From the NCBI RefSeq assembly GCF_018350175.1, contig NC_058368.1, forward strand, positions 16,866,001 to 16,930,000: DNA of 64,000 nucleotides. Reading direction: 5' to 3'. The first letter of the stretch is position 1. Every line of letters starts with the position of its first letter. Positions 63,537-64,000 of the stretch are shown piece by piece. This DNA comes from Felis catus. Taxonomy: Eukaryota. Made by a program: the position numbers and the translations under genes. The notes below the pieces were generated by a model, which saw only the letters and a program-made list of their open reading frames with translations, was not told the DNA's origin and searched no databases.

Positions 63537-63568
63537 TTTGCAAACTCTATGGATTTAAGAAATGTCTC
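63537..63568 (-). CDS. Internal coding exon A1 of unidentified minus-strand gene (ETFLKSIEFA-N), phase 0 to 2
   Basis: Minus strand reads cctattttcgaaatacacatttag|GAG ACA TTT CTT AAA TCC ATA GAG TTT GCA AA|gtaaag. 32 nt. Its phase-2 end completes AAC (Asn) with the next exon. Upstream exons presumably lie outside the window. Confidence 0.5.
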
Positions 63569-64000
63569 CTAAATGTGTATTTCGAAAATAGGTACAAAGT
63601 GGTAATTCAACTTGCCATCCATTATGTTACTCAATTATCTTTTGATGAGCAACCTTTTCCCTAGTTTCATTTCTAGGAAAGCAGTTTGTCTCTCTTAATA
63701 AAAGAAAATGCTTACGGTGAGGGGTCAACAGGAACTAAGTAACTCATTATCTAGATTATATAGTCAACTCTAATATACGAATCATCAAAATATGGGTCGA
63801 TTACTACTCCAGGTATTGGAGATATAAACAATGTAAGACAAGGCCTCCATTAATGATATATCATAAACATATACAATCTACAAAAGAATTTGAGTTTCTT
63901 TTTCTTGCTTTGATTATGAAAAAGGCCATAAGTAAATTGCAGCCTTCCAGTTTCTGCTCTGACATGTGAAGAACTTAAAAACCTTCACTCCCATCTTTGC

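Overview
AT-rich mammalian genomic DNA from a felid. The evidence is about 30 tRNA-derived Can-SINEs (many of the cat-type SINEC_Fc form) and a cat-type L1 3' end. Roughly half of the window is decayed interspersed repeats: Can-SINE, L1, L2, MIR, MaLR/MLT LTRs, a degenerate ERV-L provirus at ~53-57 kb, and ERV1 MER34-like solo LTRs at ~60-61.5 kb. Almost all ORFs in the supplied track are repeat-derived or spurious. Reading splice signals by hand reveals the 3' part of a multi-exon protein-coding gene on the minus strand. It has six phase-compatible exons from 63568 to 41015 encoding 145 aa (ETFLKSIEFANIRFGLNIITLYNLRKKALELYDES...QKQTLDGEKRNIC*). I do not recognise the protein, so no symbol is given. 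A weaker phase-compatible exon chain continues on the minus strand from 41.1 to 25.8/19.9 kb. A TE-poor segment at 12.5-13.2 kb carries a perfect CRE and an RFX X-box and looks like a germ-cell/ciliary-type promoter. No prokaryotic-type system (CRISPR, operon) is present. Repeat subfamily names come from recognition, not a database search, and repeat boundaries are approximate.
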